From Candidatus Stahliibacteriota bacterium (lineage in GTDB: Bacteria; Hydrothermota; Tepidihabitantia; B3-TA06), in the NCBI GenBank assembly GCA_030670165.1, contig DAOVCF010000002.1, positions 1 through 34,874 of the forward strand: 34,874 nucleotides of DNA, given 5' to 3'. Each line of letters opens with the position of its first letter. The first letter of the stretch is position 1. Shown here piece by piece: positions 17,506-24,690 of the stretch. Below the pieces are notes generated by a model, which was not told where the DNA came from, did no database searches, and saw only the letters and a list, made by a program, of their open reading frames with translations. Both the position numbers and the translations under genes were made by a program.

Positions 17506-18136
17506 CAGTTAGGGTCCGTGTTTGTATGATCTGGTCAATCAAGTTTAGTATGTGCCCGAACACCGTCGCTATTGGGGGGGTTGCGTCTACGAAACACATG
17601 CTCGGCACTTTAAGTGCAAGGAATGCCTCGCGAACCGATTGAAGGTAGTTTTCGTTCTCGAAAAGTGTCGTTCGATTATTGCGACCATTAACTATCCTCG
17701 AAAGTCCGACTCTTGGCGGCAAATCAAGAACAAACGTCAGGTCGGGTTCAGGTGCAAAGTGCCTGTTCTGTTGGAGTATTTCGTCCACTGTTTTTCCTAC
17801 GCTTCTCAGAACACCCTGATAAGCAGCTGTAGAATAAAAATACCTATCCATAATAACTATAGTCTTCTTCTTCAGGAGAGGCTTTATCTCGTTGGTGACG
17901 TGGTCTCTACGATCCTTAATGAATAGTTTTAACTCCTCAGGATGACTCAAGTTCCTATGCTCATGTACCAGTTTCTTAATCTGCTTCCCATACTTTCTGT
18001 TGGTTGGTTCCTTTAGGGTAACAACTGGGAAATTTTTAGTTTCAAGAACGGCCTTCAGGAGAGCAGCTTGGGTTGTTTTACCCGCCCCGTCTATTCCTTC
18101 AAGAGCCAACAGAATCCCTCTTCGAAGAGTCTTCAT
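17498..18136 (-). CDS. tmk: Thymidylate kinase
   Basis: 212 aa. P-loop LEGIDGAGKTTQ, DRYFYSTAAYQG, and a LID-like RIVNGRNNRTTLFE. G+C is clearly lower than in the flanking genes. Confidence 0.85.
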   Translation of the reverse strand: MKTLRRGILLALEGIDGAGKTTQAALLKAVLETKNFPVVTLKEPTNRKYGKQIKKLVHEHRNLSHPEELKLFIKDRRDHVTNEIKPLLKKKTIVIMDRYFYSTAAYQGVLRSVGKTVDEILQQNRHFAPEPDLTFVLDLPPRVGLSRIVNGRNNRTTLFENENYLQSVREAFLALKVPSMCFVDATPPIATVFGHILNLIDQIIQTRTLTDA

Positions 18137-18213
18137 CTTTTGGTCCCTTGGAACAGGTTAGCTCGACAGATATACTCCTCCTTACAATGTGTCCTCTGAT
18201 TGAGATACACAGA

Positions 18214-18241
18214 GTAATACACAACACGGAGGGATTGTCAA
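18214..18241 (-). promoter_or_regulatory. Sigma70-like promoter of the tmk cassette
   Basis: On the minus strand: TTGACA (18241-18236), 16-nt spacer, TATTAC (18219-18214). The leader is roughly 75 nt and contains an orphan AAGGAGG. Confidence 0.5.
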
Positions 18242-18310
18242 GATCAAAACATTTTATTGAGAAGAAAGCGGCTACTTGAAAAACAACGCCCGCTTTCACA
18301 ATCTTTGGGT

Positions 18311-18403
18311 TTAATAACTTACGCTCACGCTGCCGTAGAACCTTCTGGGCGCGGTGGGGTAGTCTTCACCCCACACATCTACTTCGTAGCTGTGCGGGGA
18401 CCC
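18311..18403 (-). pseudogene. Relic of a TonB-dependent receptor C terminus
   Basis: A 30-codon frame bounded by stops reads ..VWGEDYPTAPRRFYGSVSVSY*. The adjacent intact receptor ends ..LNDLDYPTAPRRFYAGLSVFY*. The 10-residue core is identical but most of its codons differ. Confidence 0.5.
18367..18402 (-). repeat. Type-2 REP-like hairpin, copy A
   Basis: Minus-strand reading: GGTCCCCGCACAGCTAC-GAA-GTAGATGTGTGGGGTG. 12 of 14 stem positions pair. The flanks are shared with copies B to E. Confidence 0.65.
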
Positions 18404-18410
18404 CTAATTT

Positions 18411-18445
18411 AATGCTCCTTTTCTCCTGCGGAGAAAAGATCGCAG
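18411..18445 (-). repeat. Type-1 conserved-flank hairpin (terminator-like), copy b
   Basis: Minus-strand reading: CTGCGATCTTTT-CTCC-gca-GGAG-AAAAGGAGCATT, 26 nt after the receptor stop. The flanks are identical to copy a and the inner stem is compensated. Confidence 0.6.
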
Positions 18446-18470
18446 GCCGTTCAGCTTGCTATCCTTTAGA

Positions 18471-20471
18471 TCAGTAGAAAACGCTCAATCCGGCGTAGAA
18501 TCTCCTAGGAGCAGTTGGATAGTCGAGGTCGTTAAGCCCGCCGAAGTGGGCTGGTGTCTGATCGTTGGTAAGATTCTTCACACCGATCTCGACAGTAAGG
18601 AGATTAAACAGCTTCTGGGAGACGGTGGCATCGAGTTTCAGGGAAGGCCTTATGATCTTTTCGATCACCCCGATCTCAGGATAGGGCGAGTAGTCCGGGT
18701 AGTAGTTGATGCGTTCAGCCGTCCATGCGACAGCGGTCGCTATCTCTCCGCCGCTCCAAGCCCGTATTGCCAGATTCCCTTTCAGGATAAGCGGCGGGAT
18801 GAACGCCGCCTGACGGGTGACCTCTGCGGTTTGCGTCTGTCCTGTCATCCAGTCGGAATAGGTAACTATGGTACGGGTTTCCGTTGCGTCGTTGTAGGCG
18901 ACGCCCAGCGATCCGCTGAACAGGCCGTCGGCAATCCGCCAATTAGTTGAGAACTCCGCGCCCAGGATGGTAACCTGATCCACGTTTGACGGCCTCCAGA
19001 AACCTGCCGAATCGGGCGACCACGAAATCATGTCCTTGATGAGCTTCCACGATCCGGCCAGGTAGAACTTGAGGAATCCAAACGGGCGGATAGTAGCAGA
19101 AAGAGTGGTGCTCTGTCCCTTTTCAGGAACCAGGGTTGAATCGCCCCCTGAGAAGCAATCTCGGGGCCAGTAAAGGTCGTTGAACCCGGGCGCGCGGAAC
19201 GCCTGGCCGTAGGCCGCTGAAACATAGAGCATCCGGGGAATAACCTCGACGCTCAAACCGGCCTCAGGTGAGATGAAGATTCCGTACTGAGCGGAGTTAT
19301 TGAGTCTTACCGCCGCGCTCGGGGTAAAGATGCCTGCCTTAGCCAGAACCTCGGCCCAGGCGCCTGTCTGCATATCGGAGGCTTCCCAGGTGGTGTCCTT
19401 GAGGGTGGCGTCAGTGGCGCTGTCTGCGGCAACCTGCGCGCCTTCAAACGTCTCCTGGACTATACAGGCTCCACCAGCAAGGGTGAGGAATTCGTCAATC
19501 GTTCCGGTCACCTGGAGATCGCCGCCCAGACGGGTGTCGTTGTAGCCATCGGTTTCAAGCGCGGTATAGGTCGTAAAGTCGGGGTTATAGCCCAGGTATT
19601 TCCAGTTATAGGTGAAATCCTGCTGGACCGCGTAGAAAGCCAGCGAGGCGGTGAAGCCCTGTAATGGAGAGAAGGAGGTTTTGAGACTTGCGGTGAATAG
19701 ATTGTCTGCCTGATCGTCGTAGAGCGATGTGACAAGCGAGTCGCCGAACGCAGGCGGCATAAAGGCGGTGCCCGAAGTATCAGGTGCGGGTCCGGGCACG
19801 CCCAGTTCGCGGGAGGTATAGCCTGCATCGACTTCGAGATGAAGCGCCTCGATGGGGGAAACCCACAAAGCTGCGCCTGTGTTGTAGCGCGATACGTCGT
19901 CGTTGTGCCGGAATCCAGGATTGGTAAGCCAGGAACCGGCGACACGCGCCCCAAAGATTCCAAAGTTGTGGGCGGCGCGAGCTCCGGCGTTCATGCCCAT
20001 CTGATCGGTGGCCCCGAGAGTTGCTGATACCCCGTTTTTCTTCGATGGGATAACGTTGACGACCCCGCCGATGGCCGATGAGCCGTAAAGTGCGGATAAT
20101 GGCCCCTTTACGACCTCCACCCGGTCGCCAGGCGCAAGAGGAATAAGGGAGAGATCTATAACACCGTCGCGCCGGGAGTTCATGTGTACGCCGTTTGCGA
20201 GAACCAGAACCCGTGATGCACTTACTCCCCCTAGAAACGGAAAGGCTGAGTGTCCCTCATAACCGTATGAGCGCACGTCTGCAGATACGCTTTGTGCAAG
20301 AACATCGGTGAGGTCGGTGACCTCTTCAGATTCCAGCACCTCCACCGGCCAGGGGGATGCCTCTGCGGGAAGCGAGAGTTTTGTGGCGGTAACCACAACC
20401 TCGGGCATCTCGTAGACGGTCAGGTCTTCCGCCTGCGAGAAAAGCAGGGATAAAAGCACGAGCTTTATCAC
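18471..20471 (-). CDS. btuB: TonB-dependent receptor, probably a cobalamin/corrinoid transporter
   Basis: 666 aa. Signal peptide, TonB-box/plug region (LTVYEMPEVVVTATK, plug with GGVVNVI), a 22-strand-sized barrel and a terminal ..AGLSVFY. The specificity call rests on the cobalamin riboswitch in its leader. Confidence 0.8.
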   Translation of the reverse strand: MIKLVLLSLLFSQAEDLTVYEMPEVVVTATKLSLPAEASPWPVEVLESEEVTDLTDVLAQSVSADVRSYGYEGHSAFPFLGGVSASRVLVLANGVHMNSRRDGVIDLSLIPLAPGDRVEVVKGPLSALYGSSAIGGVVNVIPSKKNGVSATLGATDQMGMNAGARAAHNFGIFGARVAGSWLTNPGFRHNDDVSRYNTGAALWVSPIEALHLEVDAGYTSRELGVPGPAPDTSGTAFMPPAFGDSLVTSLYDDQADNLFTASLKTSFSPLQGFTASLAFYAVQQDFTYNWKYLGYNPDFTTYTALETDGYNDTRLGGDLQVTGTIDEFLTLAGGACIVQETFEGAQVAADSATDATLKDTTWEASDMQTGAWAEVLAKAGIFTPSAAVRLNNSAQYGIFISPEAGLSVEVIPRMLYVSAAYGQAFRAPGFNDLYWPRDCFSGGDSTLVPEKGQSTTLSATIRPFGFLKFYLAGSWKLIKDMISWSPDSAGFWRPSNVDQVTILGAEFSTNWRIADGLFSGSLGVAYNDATETRTIVTYSDWMTGQTQTAEVTRQAAFIPPLILKGNLAIRAWSGGEIATAVAWTAERINYYPDYSPYPEIGVIEKIIRPSLKLDATVSQKLFNLLTVEIGVKNLTNDQTPAHFGGLNDLDYPTAPRRFYAGLSVFY

Positions 20472-20534
20472 GTAAGTCTCCAGGTTGTGGGCGTAGTAGA
20501 TACCCGCACCTGCCCTGCCCCGGAGCAGACACGG

Positions 20535-20748
20535 TAAGGCAGCACGACAGATAGGTCTCCTGGCTTACGGATCATCCTGTTTCCCCAGCCTTCCCACCTG
20601 CTTCGCAGGTAGTGGCTTACGACTCGCTATCGCAAGTCGAACGCGTCTTTGCCCTTGCAAATCCGCGGGGGAAACAGTCCCCGATCACAGTGGCGGGACC
20701 GCGGCCGATTCTCACGGCCTTCCCTGACTTCCGCCGTCTAGTCCAAAT
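20535..20748 (-). promoter_or_regulatory. Cobalamin (B12) riboswitch
   Basis: Minus-strand RNA contains AGGGAAGGCCGUGAGAAUCGGCCGCGGUCCCGCCACUGUGA, then ..GCCACUACCUGCGAAGCAGGUGGGAAGGC.., then the B12 box AAGCCAGGAGACCUAU (20568-20553). Order and spacing fit the RF00174 core. It lies between a promoter and the receptor GTG. Confidence 0.85.
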
Positions 20749-20757
20749 TGTTAAATG

Positions 20758-20786
20758 ATAATAAGGAATTAGGGGTGGGTTGTCAA
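20758..20786 (-). promoter_or_regulatory. Sigma70-like promoter of the riboswitch-receptor transcript
   Basis: On the minus strand: TTGACA (20786-20781), 17-nt spacer, TATTAT (20763-20758). Confidence 0.6.
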
Positions 20787-20880
20787 GTAAAATGGAGGTT
20801 AACTCCTTTGAAAAGGCGCATTCCCTTCGGGAGTAGATCTGGCTTTGCTGCGCTTCTCGCGATGACATTTATTGCGCAGA

Positions 20881-20914
20881 GTCCACGCCGGAAATCGAAG
20901 AGTTCCGTGAGGTG
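20881..20914 (+). repeat. Type-2 REP-like hairpin, degenerate copy E
   Basis: GTCCACGCCGGAAATC-GAA-GAGTTCCGTGAGGTG. It shares the outer flanks and GAA loop with copies A and C, but the stem is interrupted. It ends 2 nt from the radical SAM stop codon. Confidence 0.4.
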
Positions 20915-20915
20915 A

Positions 20916-22280
20916 TTAAAGGTATACCTGTTTGCGGTCGTTGATGAGCATTGAAGCAACCGGACTCTTTATAAAGGTACGCCACAGGAAATCCCTTGGA
21001 TTCTTACGCAGCCCGCCCCAGATGAACCTTGAGATACCCTTGCGGTAGACGTCGATTGGTCTGTTAAGGAAGGCTTTTATGGTTTTTAACAGGTACTGCA
21101 TCTGGAGCGGCGAGATGTGGGGGTGGCGCCAAACCAGGTGCCTTAGACGATAGTGACGGTAGTTGCGGTCGAAGATACCGTACTTGGAACTAAGTTCATC
21201 CCACAACGGTGTCTGGGGAAAGGGGGTAATGACGCAGACGGTGCTGGTATCAAAACCTACCTGTTTGAACCGGATCGCATCTTGAATTGTCTCCTCAGCG
21301 GTCATGCCCGCGTATCCGATCATGGAGAAGCCTATCCGCTGCATACCCAGTTTATCGTGTGTGCGACGGACGAACTCAAGGACCTCCTCGGTCTTCTGTC
21401 TCTTATTTACATTATCGAGAGCGCTCTGCGACATGGACTCTACGCCCACCGATGGGAGGCGCAGCCCACGTTCATACCAAGTATCCAGATAGCGCAGGAA
21501 CAGTGCGGCCCGGGACTGCGCCCACCAGCGGAACTTGTAGCGGGCAAAGAGACGGGTAACCTTATCCGCAAGCTTGGGGTGGACCCCGAACAGCTCGTCC
21601 AAGACAACTATATCGTTAATGCCCATCTTGTGATAGTAGGCAAGTACCCGCTCGATGCTTTCAAGGTTGATGGTGAAGCGGTGGCGCTCGAAAACCGGTG
21701 TTTGGCAGAAGGTGCACTTGAAGGCACAGCCGTGCGCGGTGTAGAGTAGGCCGAACGTCAGGTGACGTATGCCAGCGAAGTAGGAGAAGTGCGCCATCAT
21801 CACCGGATGCTCAATCTCGCCCTCGGGAACACGATAACCGAAGACCTGAGCGATTCTATCCTCCGCAGGCCCGATAAAGACGCGATCCACTAGGCTGGGG
21901 ATGTCGTAGTCAAGCACCCCGTAGTTACCAGCCCATATCTCCTTAACCCCTTGAAGCCGGGCTTCGGCAATCATCTCGCGAATCTCGCCGATTTGATTAT
22001 GGTAAAAGCTGAATCCTACGACGTCCCAGCCTTGCTTGAGTTTCTCAACATATTCATGCCACAGGGGATACTCAAGTATCTGGACCTCTGGCACGTTTTG
22101 CTTTATGAAGCGCAATCCCGGGCTTACCCTCAAGGGTGCCGAGGCCTTGGAGAAGCGGCGGCCAGTCCAACCTAAGGCGTCTATGTAGTCGCCCCTAAAC
22201 CGCCGGTAAACGGTGCATAAAAGCACCCTTGGATTGGTTAAAAAGCTTTTTATGAAAGCCTCCTCCTTATACTTATCCAA
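20916..22280 (-). CDS. B12-binding-domain radical SAM protein (class B-like)
   Basis: 454 aa. The N-terminal region resembles a cobalamin-binding Rossmann domain. CxxxCxxC cluster motif HGCAFKCTFCQ. TTG start. The substrate cannot be inferred. Confidence 0.75.
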   Translation of the reverse strand: MDKYKEEAFIKSFLTNPRVLLCTVYRRFRGDYIDALGWTGRRFSKASAPLRVSPGLRFIKQNVPEVQILEYPLWHEYVEKLKQGWDVVGFSFYHNQIGEIREMIAEARLQGVKEIWAGNYGVLDYDIPSLVDRVFIGPAEDRIAQVFGYRVPEGEIEHPVMMAHFSYFAGIRHLTFGLLYTAHGCAFKCTFCQTPVFERHRFTINLESIERVLAYYHKMGINDIVVLDELFGVHPKLADKVTRLFARYKFRWWAQSRAALFLRYLDTWYERGLRLPSVGVESMSQSALDNVNKRQKTEEVLEFVRRTHDKLGMQRIGFSMIGYAGMTAEETIQDAIRFKQVGFDTSTVCVITPFPQTPLWDELSSKYGIFDRNYRHYRLRHLVWRHPHISPLQMQYLLKTIKAFLNRPIDVYRKGISRFIWGGLRKNPRDFLWRTFIKSPVASMLINDRKQVYL

Positions 22281-22352
22281 CCTATCTCTTAGACGATGCG
22301 CTCCCCTTTCTCATCGCCCTCGGAAAGACGCCCCAAATCCTAATGTCAGTTG

Positions 22353-22380
22353 ATAATATCAAAATATCTTTATTTGTCAA
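22353..22380 (-). promoter_or_regulatory. Sigma70-like promoter of the radical SAM gene
   Basis: On the minus strand: TTGACA (22380-22375), 16-nt spacer, TATTAT (22358-22353). Confidence 0.6.
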
Positions 22381-22482
22381 CCCCTTTTGGGCTGTAATGT
22401 CTTTGCTTTTCAAAGAACGTGGGGCAAATTCCCCCGGTGTCGCGGCAAGGTTGTGAAGCGGCCTCGTGGGGTGAATCCTCGG

Positions 22483-22518
22483 GGTCCCCAACCGAACGCG
22501 TAGCGTTCGTTTGGGGTG
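22483..22518 (+). repeat. Type-2 REP-like hairpin, copy D
   Basis: GGTCCCCAACCGAACGC-GTA-GCGTTCGTTTGGGGTG. 13 of 14 stem positions pair. It ends 4 nt from the stop codon of the 192-aa gene. An extra GTGGGGTG half-site lies at 22466-22473. Confidence 0.65.
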
Positions 22519-22522
22519 CATT

Positions 22523-23101
22523 TTATTCCCAGCTTATCTCCCAGTGGCATGCGTCGCCGCCTTGGCTCCAGCGGCAGGAGCGCTCCCTTACCTTGACCTT
22601 CGAGCCGCTGAGAAGCCAGCATACCCTCTGTAGCCACGTTCGCGTAACGAAACAGTGCAGGGGGCCTCCATCGTAGCCTGAGATCACCAGCACCGCCTGC
22701 TTCGACCTTTCGTTTACCGAAAGCACCCTGAACTCGCCGCAGTCCTTGTATCTCGACCAGAGATAGGGGATACGGGCAACCACCCGTGGCATGGGCAGAA
22801 GCGCCAGACGGGTCTTGGGAGCACCTCCAAGCTCAGCGTCCGCGATGGCGCCGCCTAAGTTCTCCAGAACCTTGCCGTTGCCGTTCCCCAGATGAGCCGC
22901 AATGCCCTCGTAAACCTCTGTTAGATACTCCACTGGATACCAGGACCATACCTCACCCTTGGAAAGCACCCGCGCCACCGGAGTCCGCATCTCGGCGAGA
23001 AAACTTCTATAACCTTCTCTCTTCAGCCGCTCCGAAAGCCACCGGTTGATGGCTACAAAGGCACTTCCACGCACGCTTGCCACTAAGCCTCCTAAGGCCA
23101 C
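22523..23101 (-). CDS. Hypothetical cytoplasmic protein
   Basis: 192 aa with coding-like composition. The C-terminal CRWSQGGDACHWEISWE motif tentatively reminds me of the myxobacterial DUF2378/TIGR02265 family (unverified). AGGAGG at 23093-23088 favours GTG 23083 over GTG 23101 as the start. Confidence 0.6.
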   Translation of the reverse strand: MALGGLVASVRGSAFVAINRWLSERLKREGYRSFLAEMRTPVARVLSKGEVWSWYPVEYLTEVYEGIAAHLGNGNGKVLENLGGAIADAELGGAPKTRLALLPMPRVVARIPYLWSRYKDCGEFRVLSVNERSKQAVLVISGYDGGPLHCFVTRTWLQRVCWLLSGSKVKVRERSCRWSQGGDACHWEISWE

Positions 23102-23118
23102 AACATTACCTAATACAA

Positions 23119-23147
23119 ATAATAACAGAAATCGGTAAAGTTGTCAA
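23119..23147 (-). promoter_or_regulatory. Sigma70-like promoter of the 192-aa gene
   Basis: On the minus strand: TTGACA (23147-23142), 17-nt spacer, TATTAT (23124-23119). Confidence 0.6.
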
Positions 23148-23381
23148 GCCCGCAAGTCGTCGGGTTATACTGTTTATGATTAATATATCGTTGCCGGGAG
23201 TAGTGGCTAAGGGGAATGCCTTAAACCAAGTGCGTGTAGCTAAGCACCCCTTCTTTTATTCTACCCGATAGGGGCACTTCGTCCCCCATCAAGGGGGAGA
23301 TGGCAGCAAGGAATTTACTCCCCTCCGGTCGAAGGAAGAAGATGGCAGGGAAACCTGTTCTCATCCTTCTTTTATACCCCC

Positions 23382-23409
23382 TTTACCCGCCTCAATTTAT
23401 GACTATAAT
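23382..23409 (+). promoter_or_regulatory. Sigma70-like promoter placed for a leaderless mRNA
   Basis: TTTACC (23382-23387), 16-nt spacer, TATAAT (23404-23409), then 6 nt to GTG 23416. No SD. Confidence 0.4.
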
Positions 23410-23415
23410 TTATTT

Positions 23416-23778
23416 GTGAGTATTCCACGACGTCGCGATCGGCTGCCCAGCGTAAGGATTCTATCCAGGCCGATTCTTATATCGCTGATGGTCCTGCTCG
23501 GGCTTGTTCTCAGCCTCTTTTTGCTGCGCAGGAAAGCGGCGGCGCCTGAGGCGATAGATACACTCCAGGTTGCCTCGCAAGGGCTTAGCTTGAACGGCGA
23601 GGAAATCTCCTTAAAGGAACTTTGGGAGAGATACGCGAAGGTGCGTGCCCCGCGCAGGATAGACGTGATCTTTGATCCCCAGATGCTCTGGGGCGAGAGC
23701 TGGCCGATCCGCGACACCCTCAAACGGCTGGCGGAAAACCAACCCAACCTTACGATCACCGGGCTTGAGGGGTGGTAA
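23416..23778 (+). CDS. Small bitopic membrane protein, ExbD/TolR-like
   Basis: 120 aa. Arg-rich N terminus, one TM (ILISLMVLLGLVLSLFLL), then LQVASQGLSLNGEEISLKEL...RIDVIFDPQMLWG..IRDTLKRLAEN..LTITG. This follows the ExbD periplasmic-domain pattern. The family call is tentative. Confidence 0.5.
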   Translation: MSIPRRRDRLPSVRILSRPILISLMVLLGLVLSLFLLRRKAAAPEAIDTLQVASQGLSLNGEEISLKELWERYAKVRAPRRIDVIFDPQMLWGESWPIRDTLKRLAENQPNLTITGLEGW

Positions 23779-23843
23779 ACCCATCCTTGCCTCTCAGCCC
23801 TGTTGCCCAAAATGTCTTTCAGGGTCAGGGGGGACACGTTGCC

Positions 23844-23871
23844 TTGACAAAAGCCTGAGCTCTCCTATAAT
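23844..23871 (+). promoter_or_regulatory. Sigma70-like promoter of the exported-protein/LVIVD operon
   Basis: TTGACA (23844-23849), 16-nt spacer, TATAAT (23866-23871). AGGAGG lies at 23892-23897. Confidence 0.6.
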
Positions 23872-23901
23872 TCCTCACTAATCAGTCGTTTAGGAGGATT
23901 G

Positions 23902-24654
23902 ATGAAAAGAAGTATCCGCAGAGGGTTGTGGTTTATGGGATTATTTTGCGCTCTCTCGGTGCCCACGGCGACTCTGGAGGCAAACGAGTACCCTGAAGAG
24001 TTGAGGTTCCTGAGCGAAATCTCTACCCCCGATTATCTCGCTGTGAGCGGAATCATGGCGATACTCGACACCACAGACAAAGCGCTGCTTGAGGCCCCGG
24101 TTCGATTCTATTGGGAAGCGGAAGAAGAGAAGTTCGCCCTGGATATTCGGCTCCCCGGCGGGACACCCGGGGTGTACATCCTGGGGATAGCCGATACGTT
24201 CTGGTTATATGACTTTCTCCACGGGGTAAAAATCACCGCCTTCCGCGATCAGGGCTTTCCCTCCTTGAGCAACGTGCCTTTCTCTGCTGAGAACATCCTG
24301 GGCATCTTCGGCATCTTCCCCGAGGGTTTTACCGAGACCGACACCTTCTACCGCGAAGGTTCGCTCCTTGCAATCAAGCAGAACAGGGTTCTCTTTTCCT
24401 TCGACTCGGAGAACAAACAGCTGCTCAGTATGACGAGAGGAGAAAGCACGATTACCTTCCACGACTTTTCTGTAGACAAGAAGTGGATGTGGCCTGCAAG
24501 GATAGAGATAAACCGGGCTCTCTTTTTCCAGGATGCGGCATCGACCCGGGTCAACATCAGCGAGGTAAGCCTCAAGCGTCAGCGCAGGGATAACCTGTTT
24601 GACGTGGATCTGCCGCCTAACATGAAGCGTGCATTTGACATGCGCGGCCAATAA
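23902..24654 (+). CDS. Exported hypothetical protein, possibly a LolA/LolB-like (DUF4292-like) fold
   Basis: About 250 aa with signal peptide MKRSIRRGLWFMGLFCALSVPTATLEA. The sequence pattern predicts mostly beta structure. ATG 23902 sits 4 nt after AGGAGG and is preferred over the ORF-track TTG 23899. The fold suggestion is weak. Confidence 0.6.
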   Translation: MKRSIRRGLWFMGLFCALSVPTATLEANEYPEELRFLSEISTPDYLAVSGIMAILDTTDKALLEAPVRFYWEAEEEKFALDIRLPGGTPGVYILGIADTFWLYDFLHGVKITAFRDQGFPSLSNVPFSAENILGIFGIFPEGFTETDTFYREGSLLAIKQNRVLFSFDSENKQLLSMTRGESTITFHDFSVDKKWMWPARIEINRALFFQDAASTRVNISEVSLKRQRRDNLFDVDLPPNMKRAFDMRGQ

Positions 24655-24690
24655 ACCGGCTTTAAGTAATCTGATCAGAAACGTCCCGAA

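Noticed and set aside
18367-18445. The idea that the hairpin families are CRISPR repeats or integron attC sites
   Set aside because: The copies are dispersed singly at gene ends rather than regularly spaced. No cas genes or integron integrase are present, and the conserved ends do not match the attC R/L box pattern. A REP-like or terminator-like reading fits better.
18456-18950. A 164-aa plus-strand ORF at the 3' end of the receptor gene
   Set aside because: It is antisense to a barrel with a clear terminal beta-signal, and it has no SD or promoter.
20617-20868. An 83-aa minus-strand ORF upstream of the receptor gene
   Set aside because: It lies on top of the cobalamin riboswitch core and its promoter. 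The conserved RNA motifs explain the sequence better than a coding role.
23403-23837. A 144-aa minus-strand ORF overlapping the ExbD-like gene
   Set aside because: The plus-strand frame has a promoter, a clean TM helix and an ExbD-like periplasmic pattern. The minus frame is Ser/Arg-rich and would run into the downstream promoter.
24205-24651. A 148-aa minus-strand ORF inside the exported-protein gene
   Set aside because: It is antisense to a gene with a promoter, SD and signal peptide, and has no features of its own.
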